Positions 7,948-16,572 of a stretch of DNA of 64,000 nt are shown in pieces. The notes under the pieces are model-generated. The model worked only from the letters and a program-made list of their open reading frames with translations, was not told where the DNA came from and did no database searches. The stretch covers positions 22,794 to 86,793 of the forward strand of contig CACLBJ010000002.1 in the NCBI GenBank assembly GCA_902605165.1. Direction: 5' to 3'. Source of the DNA: an uncultured SAR86 cluster bacterium. GTDB taxonomy: Bacteria > Pseudomonadota > Gammaproteobacteria > Magnimaribacterales > D2472. The position numbers were made by a program, and so were the translations under genes. Position 1 is the first letter of the stretch; the number at the start of each line of letters is the position of its first letter.

Positions 7948-8530
7948 ATATCATAAAAGATAATGTAAATATGGTAACAAGAGTTCCGAGAATATCTCCA
8001 ACAAAAAATCTAATAAACATCTCTGGATTTGATGAAATAGCTCTAAGGGAGTTATAAACATAAAGAGATAAAGAATGCACTGCAGCACTAAAAACGGTAA
8101 CCATTATTATATGTTTATGATTTCTTAAATCTAAATATATAGAATCTTTTGTAAACTTATAAAAAGGTAGAGTTTTTAATTTAAATCCTAATCCAGCCAT
8201 TGCGTAAAGAGCAATAAAAACACAGATAGTTGATAAGAAAGATGTGCCAAGTAAGTCTATAAGTAGCAGATTATTCAATCCATATGCGTCTCCAATAACA
8301 AAGGTGCAAAAGACATGGGCTGCAAAAAGTGCAGGTATGGCTGCAATACCAAAATAACAAATTGTGATCACCCTTGCTGCATGAGGTACATACATGATGC
8401 TGCCATTAAAGCCAGAGGCGGTTTCAGAACTAATGATAAAAAAGATCCAAATTACATATAAAAGATTAAATGATACAAAGGTAGTAATTGATACTTCTAA
8501 AAAATATTTTAGGTCACTGACAGGATTCAA
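7925..8530 (-). CDS. Hypothetical polytopic membrane protein (~6 TM)
   Basis: 201 aa and strongly hydrophobic, with no recognised family. It has a TTG start at 8530, 1 nt after the wHTH gene stop; the start is uncertain. Confidence 0.45.
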   Translation of the reverse strand: MNPVSDLKYFLEVSITTFVSFNLLYVIWIFFIISSETASGFNGSIMYVPHAARVITICYFGIAAIPALFAAHVFCTFVIGDAYGLNNLLLIDLLGTSFLSTICVFIALYAMAGLGFKLKTLPFYKFTKDSIYLDLRNHKHIIMVTVFSAAVHSLSLYVYNSLRAISSNPEMFIRFFVGDILGTLVTIFTLSFMIFAFFRER

Positions 8531-8531
8531 A

Positions 8532-8810
8532 TCAGACCTTTAGTGAAACAATTGATTCACGTTTATCTGACTCTGATTGAAATGCCTCAATAAGATTACT
8601 ATCTTCAAGCTTTCTTAGAATCTTATAAACAGTTGATCTTGATAAACCTGATTCATCTACAATCTTTGAAATGTTACATACATCATTTGATTTCAAAATA
8701 GTATAAAAAACTGCTTGTTCGTTTGGTGTTAGCGAATGCAACTTAAACTCATCCTCAATGTTTCTTAACATTTGAACGAATGTTGTAAGCTGTTTTTTAA
8801 AATCAGGCAT
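8532..8810 (-). CDS. Small winged-helix (MarR/PadR-like) DNA-binding protein, 92 aa
   Basis: ISKIVDESGLSRSTVYKILRKLEDSNLIE is a clear HTH followed by a wing. I start it at ATG 8810 (MPDFKK) because the longer track ORF (to 8945) runs into the tRNA-Ser gene. Confidence 0.6.
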   Translation of the reverse strand: MPDFKKQLTTFVQMLRNIEDEFKLHSLTPNEQAVFYTILKSNDVCNISKIVDESGLSRSTVYKILRKLEDSNLIEAFQSESDKRESIVSLKV

Positions 8811-8861
8811 TTTGTTTCCCTTTATGTCTATATTTTGAACAAAAAAAGTAAAAAATTCAAA

Positions 8862-8951
8862 TGGCGGAGAGACAGGGATTCGAACCCTGGATACGGTTGC
8901 CCATATACTACCTTTCCAAGGTAGCGCGATCGACCACTCTGCCACCTCTCC
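8862..8951 (-). tRNA. tRNA-Ser (anticodon GGA)
   Basis: The reverse complement reads GGAGAGGTGGCAGAGTGGTCGATCGCGCTACCTTGGAAAGGTAGTATATGGGCAACCGTATCCAGGGTTCGAATCCCTGTCTCTCCGCCA. It has a long variable arm, anticodon loop TTGGAAA and an encoded CCA. Confidence 0.95.
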
Positions 8952-8966
8952 AATGGCATAATTTTA

Positions 8967-9452
8967 CTACAAGTTATTATTCTTTATCCAAATGAATTGA
9001 TAAATCAAAGTAATGAAATAAATTATTACAAAAGCAATATGGAAATATAAGATTATTGGATCAAATAAAGAATCAGCAAGAGGTTTACCCACTGGCAATC
9101 TTCTTAAAGTGTCTGCAGCTGCAGGCAAACTATGGAATAAAAAAGTTGAAGTAAAGCATAAAGTATAAAAGTACGTTGAGAAATAGCCCAATATTCTAGT
9201 TCTCTCAACATATACCCCACACAGAACAGCCAGCACAGCTAACACCCCCATAACATGTGCGATACCAAATCCACCTTGGTTATAAATGCCTAAAGCAGAT
9301 ACTGCAGTTATGAATGTTAAAACTAAATATATCCTTGATGGGATTTTATTCCAAGAAAGCAATTTAAAAGAAAAGAAAGAGAAGAAACCTAACAATATTG
9401 AGGCTATTCCTAGAACAGTATGAAACCATCCAAGTAGAGTAATATCAGGCAT
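8967..9452 (-). CDS. Hypothetical membrane protein (~5 TM)
   Basis: 161 aa, hydrophobic, family not recognised. It lies 9 nt downstream of the MerR-family gene and is probably in the same operon. Confidence 0.45.
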   Translation of the reverse strand: MPDITLLGWFHTVLGIASILLGFFSFFSFKLLSWNKIPSRIYLVLTFITAVSALGIYNQGGFGIAHVMGVLAVLAVLCGVYVERTRILGYFSTYFYTLCFTSTFLFHSLPAAADTLRRLPVGKPLADSLFDPIILYFHIAFVIIYFITLIYQFIWIKNNNL

Positions 9453-9461
9453 ATTTAATAA

Positions 9462-9830
9462 TTATAAAAAACAGGATTTTTCTAATTTTTCCTCAATAAT
9501 ATTAAGAGCTTCTGAGAGCTCATCAATCTTTTTATTAATATCTTCTTTGTGAGATAAAAGTAAATCTCGTTGTTCTTTCACTTTCTTATTGCCTTCAAGA
9601 TATAAATATCCCAAGTCTTTTATTTGTTTATTAGTCATGCCGGTCTTCTTAAAGATATAAATTGATTTAAGAATCTGGACATCATATTCGTCATATATCC
9701 TTTTCCCGGATGCAGATCTTTTAACAAAAGGCATTAGTCCAATCTTTTCATAAAATCTTAGTGTGTATGCAGAAAAACCACTGATTTTGGAGATATCAGA
9801 AATAGAAAAAATTTTTTTATTATCTAACAT
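9462..9830 (-). CDS. MerR family transcriptional regulator
   Basis: ISDISKISGFSAYTLRFYEKIGL is the MerR N-terminal HTH signature. A C-terminal coiled coil follows. 122 aa. Confidence 0.85.
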   Translation of the reverse strand: MLDNKKIFSISDISKISGFSAYTLRFYEKIGLMPFVKRSASGKRIYDEYDVQILKSIYIFKKTGMTNKQIKDLGYLYLEGNKKVKEQRDLLLSHKEDINKKIDELSEALNIIEEKLEKSCFL

Positions 9831-10663
9831 TATCCGGCTATCTTCTTAAATAAACTACCAACAGTATTAAGAACTTTTGTTCTTGGCATGAATTTTGTAA
9901 TCAATGCAGTTCTTCTATTGCCCCTTCCAGGAATAATAAATTGCTTATCTTTTGTAAACCCATCAAGACATTCCACAGCTACCTCATGAGAGGTTTGAAA
10001 AACTGTACCAGCAGCACTTCTTTTGGTTCTTTTATTTAGTCTTTCTCTTAATTTATCTGACTTAGCGGTAGCTACCTGACCAAAATTTGAAACAGTTGCT
10101 CCTGGTAAAAGAGCCATGATTCTTATGTTAGAGTTTCTATATTCATATCTTAAACCTTCGCTAAGTGATAGAACATATGCCTTTGTTGCAGCATATACGC
10201 TTGAATAAGGTACAGGGGTTAAGGAAGCTACAGAGCCAACATTAATAACTCCACCCTCGCCCTTTGAAATCATATCTGGAATAAATAAATGTGATAGCTC
10301 GCTTAATGAGGTTATATTTAGTTGAATCATGTCAGCATAATCTTCCATCTCAACTTCATGAAAGGTTCCCCATCTCCCATAACCTGCATTATTAATCAAA
10401 AGATCTACATGTAAGTTTTGTAATTTAATTTGGTCATATAGTGATCTTCCAGAATTCAACCTAGATAAATCCTCTAAGAAGATATGGCACTCTGATCCTA
10501 AATCTTTTATTTCTGATGATAACTCATGAAGTTTATCTTCACTTCTTACAGTTGCCGAGAGAATTAAATTTGCTCCTCTCCTAGCAAGTTCTTTTGCAAT
10601 AGCATAACCAATTCCTGTTGAGGCTCCAGTTACTAAAGCAAGTTTGCCTTTATATGAATACAT
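9830..10663 (-). CDS. SDR family oxidoreductase
   Basis: TGASTGIGYAIA (TGxxxGIG), NNAG and YAATKAY (YxxxK) motifs. 277 aa. Confidence 0.85.
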   Translation of the reverse strand: MYSYKGKLALVTGASTGIGYAIAKELARRGANLILSATVRSEDKLHELSSEIKDLGSECHIFLEDLSRLNSGRSLYDQIKLQNLHVDLLINNAGYGRWGTFHEVEMEDYADMIQLNITSLSELSHLFIPDMISKGEGGVINVGSVASLTPVPYSSVYAATKAYVLSLSEGLRYEYRNSNIRIMALLPGATVSNFGQVATAKSDKLRERLNKRTKRSAAGTVFQTSHEVAVECLDGFTKDKQFIIPGRGNRRTALITKFMPRTKVLNTVGSLFKKIAG

Positions 10664-10683
10664 AAATACTCCTTTAATCGCTT

Positions 10684-10714
10684 AATATACATCTTAGAGT
10701 TTACTCTAAGTCAA
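10684..10714 (-). promoter_or_regulatory. MerR-type promoter: TTGACT -35, 19-nt spacer carrying an 8+8 dyad, TATATT -10
   Basis: Minus strand reads TTGACT-TAGAGTAAACTCTAAGATG-TATATT, then AAAGGAG SD and ATG (10663). The dyad CTTAGAGT-AA-ACTCTAAG lies at 10693-10710. A 19-nt spacer with a central dyad is the classic MerR-family architecture. Confidence 0.55.
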
Positions 10715-10781
10715 TGATTTTTTTAAACGTAATTAAAATCGTTATGAATCATTAAACTGGCAACTTTAGTATCTTGAGCTT

Positions 10782-11489
10782 TTATTGGTTGAATTCGCGA
10801 AAGTTTTTAAAAAATAGATTTTTTTGTGACGACCTTATAGGGTTGATGTCAATGCCTCCTCTTCTAAGAAACCTTCCACAAATTTCTAAATGATCAACAG
10901 AAAAAGTATCCTTAATGTATAAAAATATCTTCTCAACGCAACTCTCATGAAACCCTCCATGATTTCTAAGAGAAAATAAGAAATCATAAATCTCTTTTTT
11001 CTTTAAGGAATCTGTTGATGAATAAATATAAATATTGCCCCAGTCTGGTTGTGAGGTCACAGGACAAATTGATCTAAAACCTTTATAAACTAGTAGACCA
11101 GACTTATTAGTAAAGTTATTTCTATCAAAAGTTTTAAAGCTACTTTTAGATACAATCTTTACCTCTGAATTACACTTCTTAGAAATTTTTTTTGTAAGCA
11201 TATTTATAACTTCTGCTTGCATCTCATAGTTCTTATTAAAAAAAGAATTTAAAAATAACTTCATTGATTTTGATTCAATCGTATATTTGGAGTTTGAGGG
11301 AATCGAAATCTCTAAGACAATAATTTTTGGTTTACCATTAAGTAGGTATGAAAATTCATATGCATTCCAAATATCTAGCCCATATGATTCAAATTTATTA
11401 AAATCTTTTCTACTTTCTGTCCTAGAAATCCTATCAAGCGAAAAACTTTTTGAAAGAGAATTATGCTCTCCTAGATATTTTGGTTTCAC
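10782..11489 (-). CDS. queF: NADPH-dependent 7-cyano-7-deazaguanine (preQ0) reductase, bimodular type
   Basis: ESKSMKLFLNSF (QueF motif E-S/L-K-S-x-K-L-Y/F), the catalytic-Cys segment ICPVTSQPDWG, HGGFHESCVEKIF and RRGGIDINP all align to E. coli QueF. Confidence 0.85.
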   Translation of the reverse strand: MKPKYLGEHNSLSKSFSLDRISRTESRKDFNKFESYGLDIWNAYEFSYLLNGKPKIIVLEISIPSNSKYTIESKSMKLFLNSFFNKNYEMQAEVINMLTKKISKKCNSEVKIVSKSSFKTFDRNNFTNKSGLLVYKGFRSICPVTSQPDWGNIYIYSSTDSLKKKEIYDFLFSLRNHGGFHESCVEKIFLYIKDTFSVDHLEICGRFLRRGGIDINPIRSSQKNLFFKNFREFNQ

Positions 11490-12262
11490 TGACGAATGCC
11501 AATTCCTTTATGAAGAAGATATAAACATATTGCAGTAAATAAAAAGATAAATCCAACCATCATACCTAAAGCTAAAGGAATTGAGACATCGCTGGATCCC
11601 AGCATTCCTTCTCTAAATGTATTTACTACATAGAGCATAGGATTTGCTAAAGAAATATTTCTCCATATATCCGGCAGGATATTTATAGAATAAAAGACTC
11701 CACCAAGATAGATTAATGGTGTAAGAACAAATGTTGGAATAACTGCAATATCATCAAAACTATCTGCATACACAGCATTAATAAAGCCCATCAATGAAAA
11801 CATTATAGAAGTCAAGAACAGAACAAGAATAGTTAAGCCATAATTTTGAATTTCAAAGTTTGGATAAAAAATAAGACTCACTAAAAAAACAATTACTCCT
11901 ATCATTACTCCCCTTGCAACACCTCCTACAACATATCCAAATAGGATTGCCCAATTTGGCATTGGAGAAATTAACAGTTCTTCGATTGCTCTTTGAAATT
12001 TGACACCATAAAAGGATGAGACAACATTTGAATAGGCAGCTGTTATTACGGCTAACATTATCAATCCTGGAATCATGAACTGTATGTAATCAAATCCATC
12101 CATTGCTCCAATTCTAGGTCCTATCAAGGATCCAAAAATAACAAAATAAAGACTTGTTGTTACAGCTGGAGGTACTAAAGTTTGCACCCAAATTCGCAAG
12201 AACCTTCGCAACTCTTTCTCAGAGAGGGTAATTATTGCCCAAATTAATTCTTTAGTTTTCAT
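11486..12262 (-). CDS. ABC-2 type transporter permease (YadH-like)
   Basis: 258 aa and 6 TM. The N-terminal ELRRFLRIWVQTLVPP is typical of ABC-2 permeases. It overlaps the ATPase gene by 11 nt. Confidence 0.8.
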   Translation of the reverse strand: MKTKELIWAIITLSEKELRRFLRIWVQTLVPPAVTTSLYFVIFGSLIGPRIGAMDGFDYIQFMIPGLIMLAVITAAYSNVVSSFYGVKFQRAIEELLISPMPNWAILFGYVVGGVARGVMIGVIVFLVSLIFYPNFEIQNYGLTILVLFLTSIMFSLMGFINAVYADSFDDIAVIPTFVLTPLIYLGGVFYSINILPDIWRNISLANPMLYVVNTFREGMLGSSDVSIPLALGMMVGFIFLFTAICLYLLHKGIGIRQ

Positions 12263-13178
12263 CTTTCTCTTTTACCAGTTTAATAAATAGTTCCTCTAAT
12301 CTATTTTGTTCATTTCTCATAGATTTCACTTTAATTCCATGCTCCGAAAGTTTATGAAAGAGAGTATTTAAATCATCATCCTTTGTAAGAGTTGCGATTA
12401 AAGTTTTGGAATCTTCAGATTTTAAATCAAAAATTGATAGATTTGGTAATTCTTGAATCTCATTTTCAAGATCTAATACAAAACTCTGAATAGATAATCT
12501 GCTTAAAAGCTCTTTCATAGAAGTATTCTCAACGATAGAGCCTTCATCAATAATAGCAATATTATTACAATGCTGCTCAGCCTCTTCTAAATAATGTGTT
12601 GTTAAGATTATAGTAGTTCCTTTTTTATTAATATCTGAAAGAAACTCCCACATATCTCTTCGAAGCTCAATATCAACACCAGCAGTTGGTTCATCTAATA
12701 TTAATAGTTTTGGTTCATGCACCAGGGCCTTTGCAATCATTAATCTTCTTTTCTGACCACCAGATAAATTTCTTGCTTGATCCTTACGTTTATCCCATAA
12801 AGAAAGTTTTTTTAGAAGGTTCTTACATCTTGCTTTAGCAACTTCCTTGGGAATTCCATAAAATCCAGCTTGTGTAATAACGATATCTTCAACTTTCTCA
12901 AATTGAGAGAAATTAATTTCTTGGGCGACAACACCTAAAAAAGATTTTGCTTTAGGAAAATTCTGATCAATATCAACACCAAATATTTTTATATTTCCAT
13001 CAGTTTTATTGGTGATCGAACTTATTATTCCAATGGTTGAAGATTTACCTGCTCCATTGGGTCCAAGTAAGGCAAAAAAATCGCCCTTAGTAATTTTTAG
13101 ATCAATGCCTTTAAGAGCCTCGACATTGTTGTCATAGACTTTTTTGAGACCAATAATTTCAAGAGCATATTCTGACAT
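12252..13178 (-). CDS. ABC transporter ATP-binding protein (YadG-like)
   Basis: Walker A GPNGAGKSS, signature LSGGQKRRL, Walker B LLILDEPT. 308 aa. Confidence 0.9.
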   Translation of the reverse strand: MSEYALEIIGLKKVYDNNVEALKGIDLKITKGDFFALLGPNGAGKSSTIGIISSITNKTDGNIKIFGVDIDQNFPKAKSFLGVVAQEINFSQFEKVEDIVITQAGFYGIPKEVAKARCKNLLKKLSLWDKRKDQARNLSGGQKRRLMIAKALVHEPKLLILDEPTAGVDIELRRDMWEFLSDINKKGTTIILTTHYLEEAEQHCNNIAIIDEGSIVENTSMKELLSRLSIQSFVLDLENEIQELPNLSIFDLKSEDSKTLIATLTKDDDLNTLFHKLSEHGIKVKSMRNEQNRLEELFIKLVKEKDEN

Positions 13179-14533
13179 TAGGCAGCCTCAGTCTCCTTAT
13201 CCACTAATAATATACTTAATAATAAACCTATCAGTATCCCAAGCCACATGTATTCACCACCAAATGCTATGAGCACAGCTGTTACTAGAGTTACCGCCAT
13301 TTCAGAGTTCTTTTTTACCATAGACATTGCTACATAAGCGCAAGCCAGTCCTGTGAGAACAAGAGTTACGCCTAGAGCTAAAATCATAAGTGGTTGCATA
13401 AAAGTAACAAATGGGAGAGTGAAATATAAAAAAGGTATTCCCATTAAATAATATGAGCCAATGCCATCAAATAATGACCTCATAACAGAACTTCCTTGTT
13501 TCCATCTCTCCACAACTATTACATGCACACCTGTCCAAAGCGCGCCCTGAGTTGGAAAGAATGGATTTAAGATTGTTCCAAAAAAGTTTCTTATGCCGAC
13601 ACTATTATGAGCTCTGTTAATATCAATATTTATTTCTTCATCTGGTCTGTAGCTTTGTCCATCTTTAAGTATTTCTGTACCAGTAACAAAATCCCCAAAT
13701 AATAAAAGATAGCCGATGACTACAAGCGGGAAAACTTCACTGAAGTACTCCACAGGCGGAAAACCAATTGATAACGGTGATGTCTTACTATAAACCTCAA
13801 CAACTGGCGGAATTGCAAAACCTGACTGAATATCAAAATTGATCTCACCAAATAAATACCCTACTATTGCAGCGACTACAAATCCTGGTAAGAGCCCTAA
13901 TGATCCTATAATTTGAAGAACCTTATTTTTTAAAGCCATTCTTTTAAAAGGCTCAGAAAAAGTAGTAACTGAGCAAATAACAAGAGCTAAAATCATAGAT
14001 ATTGGAGCATCGCCTATGTATCTTTCATAATCACTAAAAAATATTTGATGGAATGCTGCTAAAGCTGCGCCAAGAATAATACCTGACTTTAGCGCATTAG
14101 GGATCTTTTCTGTAATCACTTTACCTAAACCCGTCACGCCTAGAAGTAATATGATTGCAGTAAATTCTATGCACATAGCAGCCATATAATGAAATGTTTC
14201 AACTCGGTAGGTGCCATCAAAAAAACCTTTTGACATAAAGAAAGCTATTACCAAAGGAAGAGCGGGTGTAACCCATCCAGGAGCAAAAGGCTCTCCAAAA
14301 ATAATTGGTCCCGCAGTTATCAAAGTGCTTGCAATAAAACAACATGCAACAGCTTCTTCAAAAGATAAGCCAAGCGCCATTACAACAGGGGCTCCAGCAA
14401 ATGCTGTAGCACCTGAAATTACCATACCTTGTAAAAATTCTGCTGTGAGGAATTTGATGTGAATAAATGGTATCTTCAGAGTAAATGGCCCCCACTTTAC
14501 TCCATAATTTTCAATTTTTTTCGTGTCATTCAT
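13178..14533 (-). CDS. Polytopic inner-membrane protein, putative permease; family not recognised
   Basis: 451 aa and ~12 hydrophobic segments. There is a 4-nt ATGA overlap with the VWA gene and a 1-nt TAATG overlap with the ABC ATPase gene. Confidence 0.45.
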   Translation of the reverse strand: MNDTKKIENYGVKWGPFTLKIPFIHIKFLTAEFLQGMVISGATAFAGAPVVMALGLSFEEAVACCFIASTLITAGPIIFGEPFAPGWVTPALPLVIAFFMSKGFFDGTYRVETFHYMAAMCIEFTAIILLLGVTGLGKVITEKIPNALKSGIILGAALAAFHQIFFSDYERYIGDAPISMILALVICSVTTFSEPFKRMALKNKVLQIIGSLGLLPGFVVAAIVGYLFGEINFDIQSGFAIPPVVEVYSKTSPLSIGFPPVEYFSEVFPLVVIGYLLLFGDFVTGTEILKDGQSYRPDEEINIDINRAHNSVGIRNFFGTILNPFFPTQGALWTGVHVIVVERWKQGSSVMRSLFDGIGSYYLMGIPFLYFTLPFVTFMQPLMILALGVTLVLTGLACAYVAMSMVKKNSEMAVTLVTAVLIAFGGEYMWLGILIGLLLSILLVDKETEAA

Positions 14534-15705
14534 TTTGATAGATCCCCCATTGCATTCTCTAATCCTCTTAATGTAAGCGGGTACATTTTATCTTCAAATA
14601 TTTCTTTTATAAGACAGACCGAAGAAGTATATTCCCAGTGATCATCTGGTACAGGATTAAGCCAAGCTATTTTTTCAAAATGATTTGAAATTCTTTTAAG
14701 CCAATCAATTCCTGGCTCTTCATTCCAATGCTCAATGCTTCCTCCTGGATTTGTAATCTCATAAGGAGCCATGGTTGCATCACCAACAAGAATAACTTTG
14801 TAGTCTGATGAATATTTATTTATAACATCATGCAATTTAAATCGTTCTTGGCTTCTCCTTTTATTATCTTTCCATACTGTTTCGTATATACAGTTATGAA
14901 AGTAAAAATATTCTAAATTTTTTAACTCAGTTTTTACCGCAGAAAATAACTCCTCACATACTTTCACATAAGGATCCATAGAACCACCCACGTCAAAAAA
15001 GATCAAAACTTTTACTGCGTTAGTTCTCTCAGGAAGCATATTTATATCTAAAATACCTCCATTCTTTGCAGTATTCTTAATAGTGCCTGACATATCTAGT
15101 TCCATATTATTACTTTGCCTAGCAAACTTACGAAGACGTCTCAATGCCATCTTAATGTTTCTAGTACCTATAAGAACTGAATCATCTAAGTTTTTGTACT
15201 GTCTTTGCTCCCAAACCTTGACAGCATTGCCGCCGCCACCTTTTCCACCGACTCTAATGCCCTCTGGATTATTTCCTGAATTACCAAACGGTGAGGTTCC
15301 AGCAGTGCCTACCCACTTATTACCGCCCTCATGTCTTTCTTTTTGCTCTTCTAATCTTTTTTTAAATTCTTCAAGAAGCTTCTCTAATCCACCTAATGAT
15401 TTAATTTCTTTGAGCTCTTCTTCAGTGAGCTGTTTTTCAAATTCTTTTCTTAACCAGTCTTCAGGTATTAGAGCTGCAAAAATGTCTTCTAATTTTTCCA
15501 TTCCTTTGAAATATATCTCAAATGCTCTATCAAATTTATCATAGTGTTTTTCATCTTTTACCAATATTGCTCGTGATAAATAATAGAAATCATTCATATC
15601 TGAGTAAGTAATCCTTGCTTCAAGTGCTCCAATCAAGTCGAGCAGCTCTCTTAAAGAACAAGGCACTCCTGAAGATTTAACGGTATTGAATAGATTTATT
15701 AACAT
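14530..15705 (-). CDS. VWA domain protein, CoxE-like (MoxR partner)
   Basis: 391 aa with a Gly-rich linker (GGKGGGGNAV). The C-terminal VWA has a MIDAS-like FFDVGGSMD. Placement directly after a MoxR ATPase is the canonical pairing. Confidence 0.7.
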   Translation of the reverse strand: MLINLFNTVKSSGVPCSLRELLDLIGALEARITYSDMNDFYYLSRAILVKDEKHYDKFDRAFEIYFKGMEKLEDIFAALIPEDWLRKEFEKQLTEEELKEIKSLGGLEKLLEEFKKRLEEQKERHEGGNKWVGTAGTSPFGNSGNNPEGIRVGGKGGGGNAVKVWEQRQYKNLDDSVLIGTRNIKMALRRLRKFARQSNNMELDMSGTIKNTAKNGGILDINMLPERTNAVKVLIFFDVGGSMDPYVKVCEELFSAVKTELKNLEYFYFHNCIYETVWKDNKRRSQERFKLHDVINKYSSDYKVILVGDATMAPYEITNPGGSIEHWNEEPGIDWLKRISNHFEKIAWLNPVPDDHWEYTSSVCLIKEIFEDKMYPLTLRGLENAMGDLSK

Positions 15706-15708
15706 TTA

Positions 15709-16557
15709 TTAGTTATTTGCTTCTCTTCTTGTCATAAAAGCGAGTCTTTCAAGAAGTTGAACGTCTTGTTCATTCTTTAAAAGAGCTCCATAAAGAGGAG
15801 GTATTGCTTTAGAAGAGTCGGCATTTTTTAATATTTCATCTGGTATATCATCCGATAAAAGAAGTTTTAGCCAGTCCACCAGCTCCGATGTCGATGGTTT
15901 CTTTTTAAGACCCGGTATTTTCCTCACATCAAAAAATACATCTAATGCGTCTTTTACAAGTTTTTTCTTTATTTTTGGATAGTGCACGGCTACAATTTTT
16001 TCCATAGTTTCTCTATCTGGAAACTGTATAAAGTGGAAAAAACATCTTCTTAAGAATGCATCAGGAAGTTCTTTCTCATTATTTGAAGTTATGATAATTA
16101 TCGGTCTATGTTTAGCCTTAATAGTTTGATCTGTCTCGTAACAATAAAATTCCATCCTATCGAGCTCTTGCAATAGATCGTTAGGAAATTCAATATCAGC
16201 TTTATCAATTTCATCAATCAAAAGAACAACCTGTTCATCAGCTTCAAAAGCCTCCCATAATTTTCCTTTATTAATGTAATTGTTAATATCTTTAACTCTT
16301 TCATCGCCTAATTGTGAGTCTCTTAACCTCGTAACTGCATCATACTCATATAGTCCCTGCGTAGCTTTAGTTGTAGATTTTATATGCCACTCAATAAGTC
16401 TTTTTCCTAATGATTCTGCAACTTCAATAGCGAGCAAGGTTTTACCTGTTCCCGGCTCTCCTTTAATTAATAAAGGTCTTTCAAGTGTGACAGATGCATT
16501 AACTGCCATACTTAGATCTTCTGTAGAAACGTATTTTTTTGTACCCTTAAATTTCAT
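15709..16557 (-). CDS. MoxR-like AAA+ ATPase
   Basis: Walker A GEPGTGKT, Walker B VLLIDEIDKA, PDAFLRRC (sensor/arginine region). 282 aa. Confidence 0.85.
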   Translation of the reverse strand: MKFKGTKKYVSTEDLSMAVNASVTLERPLLIKGEPGTGKTLLAIEVAESLGKRLIEWHIKSTTKATQGLYEYDAVTRLRDSQLGDERVKDINNYINKGKLWEAFEADEQVVLLIDEIDKADIEFPNDLLQELDRMEFYCYETDQTIKAKHRPIIIITSNNEKELPDAFLRRCFFHFIQFPDRETMEKIVAVHYPKIKKKLVKDALDVFFDVRKIPGLKKKPSTSELVDWLKLLLSDDIPDEILKNADSSKAIPPLYGALLKNEQDVQLLERLAFMTRREANN

Positions 16558-16572
16558 AACTTATCCTTATTG

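Noticed and set aside
8811-8945. N-terminal 45 codons of the track ORF 8532-8945 (MAEWSIALPWKGSIWATVSRVRIP...)
   Set aside because: This stretch is simply the tRNA-Ser(GGA) gene read as protein, with the GTG start inside the acceptor/D-arm region. The real CDS most likely starts at ATG 8810.
7513-8951. Possible genomic islet integrated at the 3' end of tRNA-Ser
   Set aside because: I could find no integrase, recombinase or phage gene. There is no direct repeat of the tRNA 3' end (GGATTCGAACCCTG...) in the 7.0-8.9 kb region, and no obvious compositional break.
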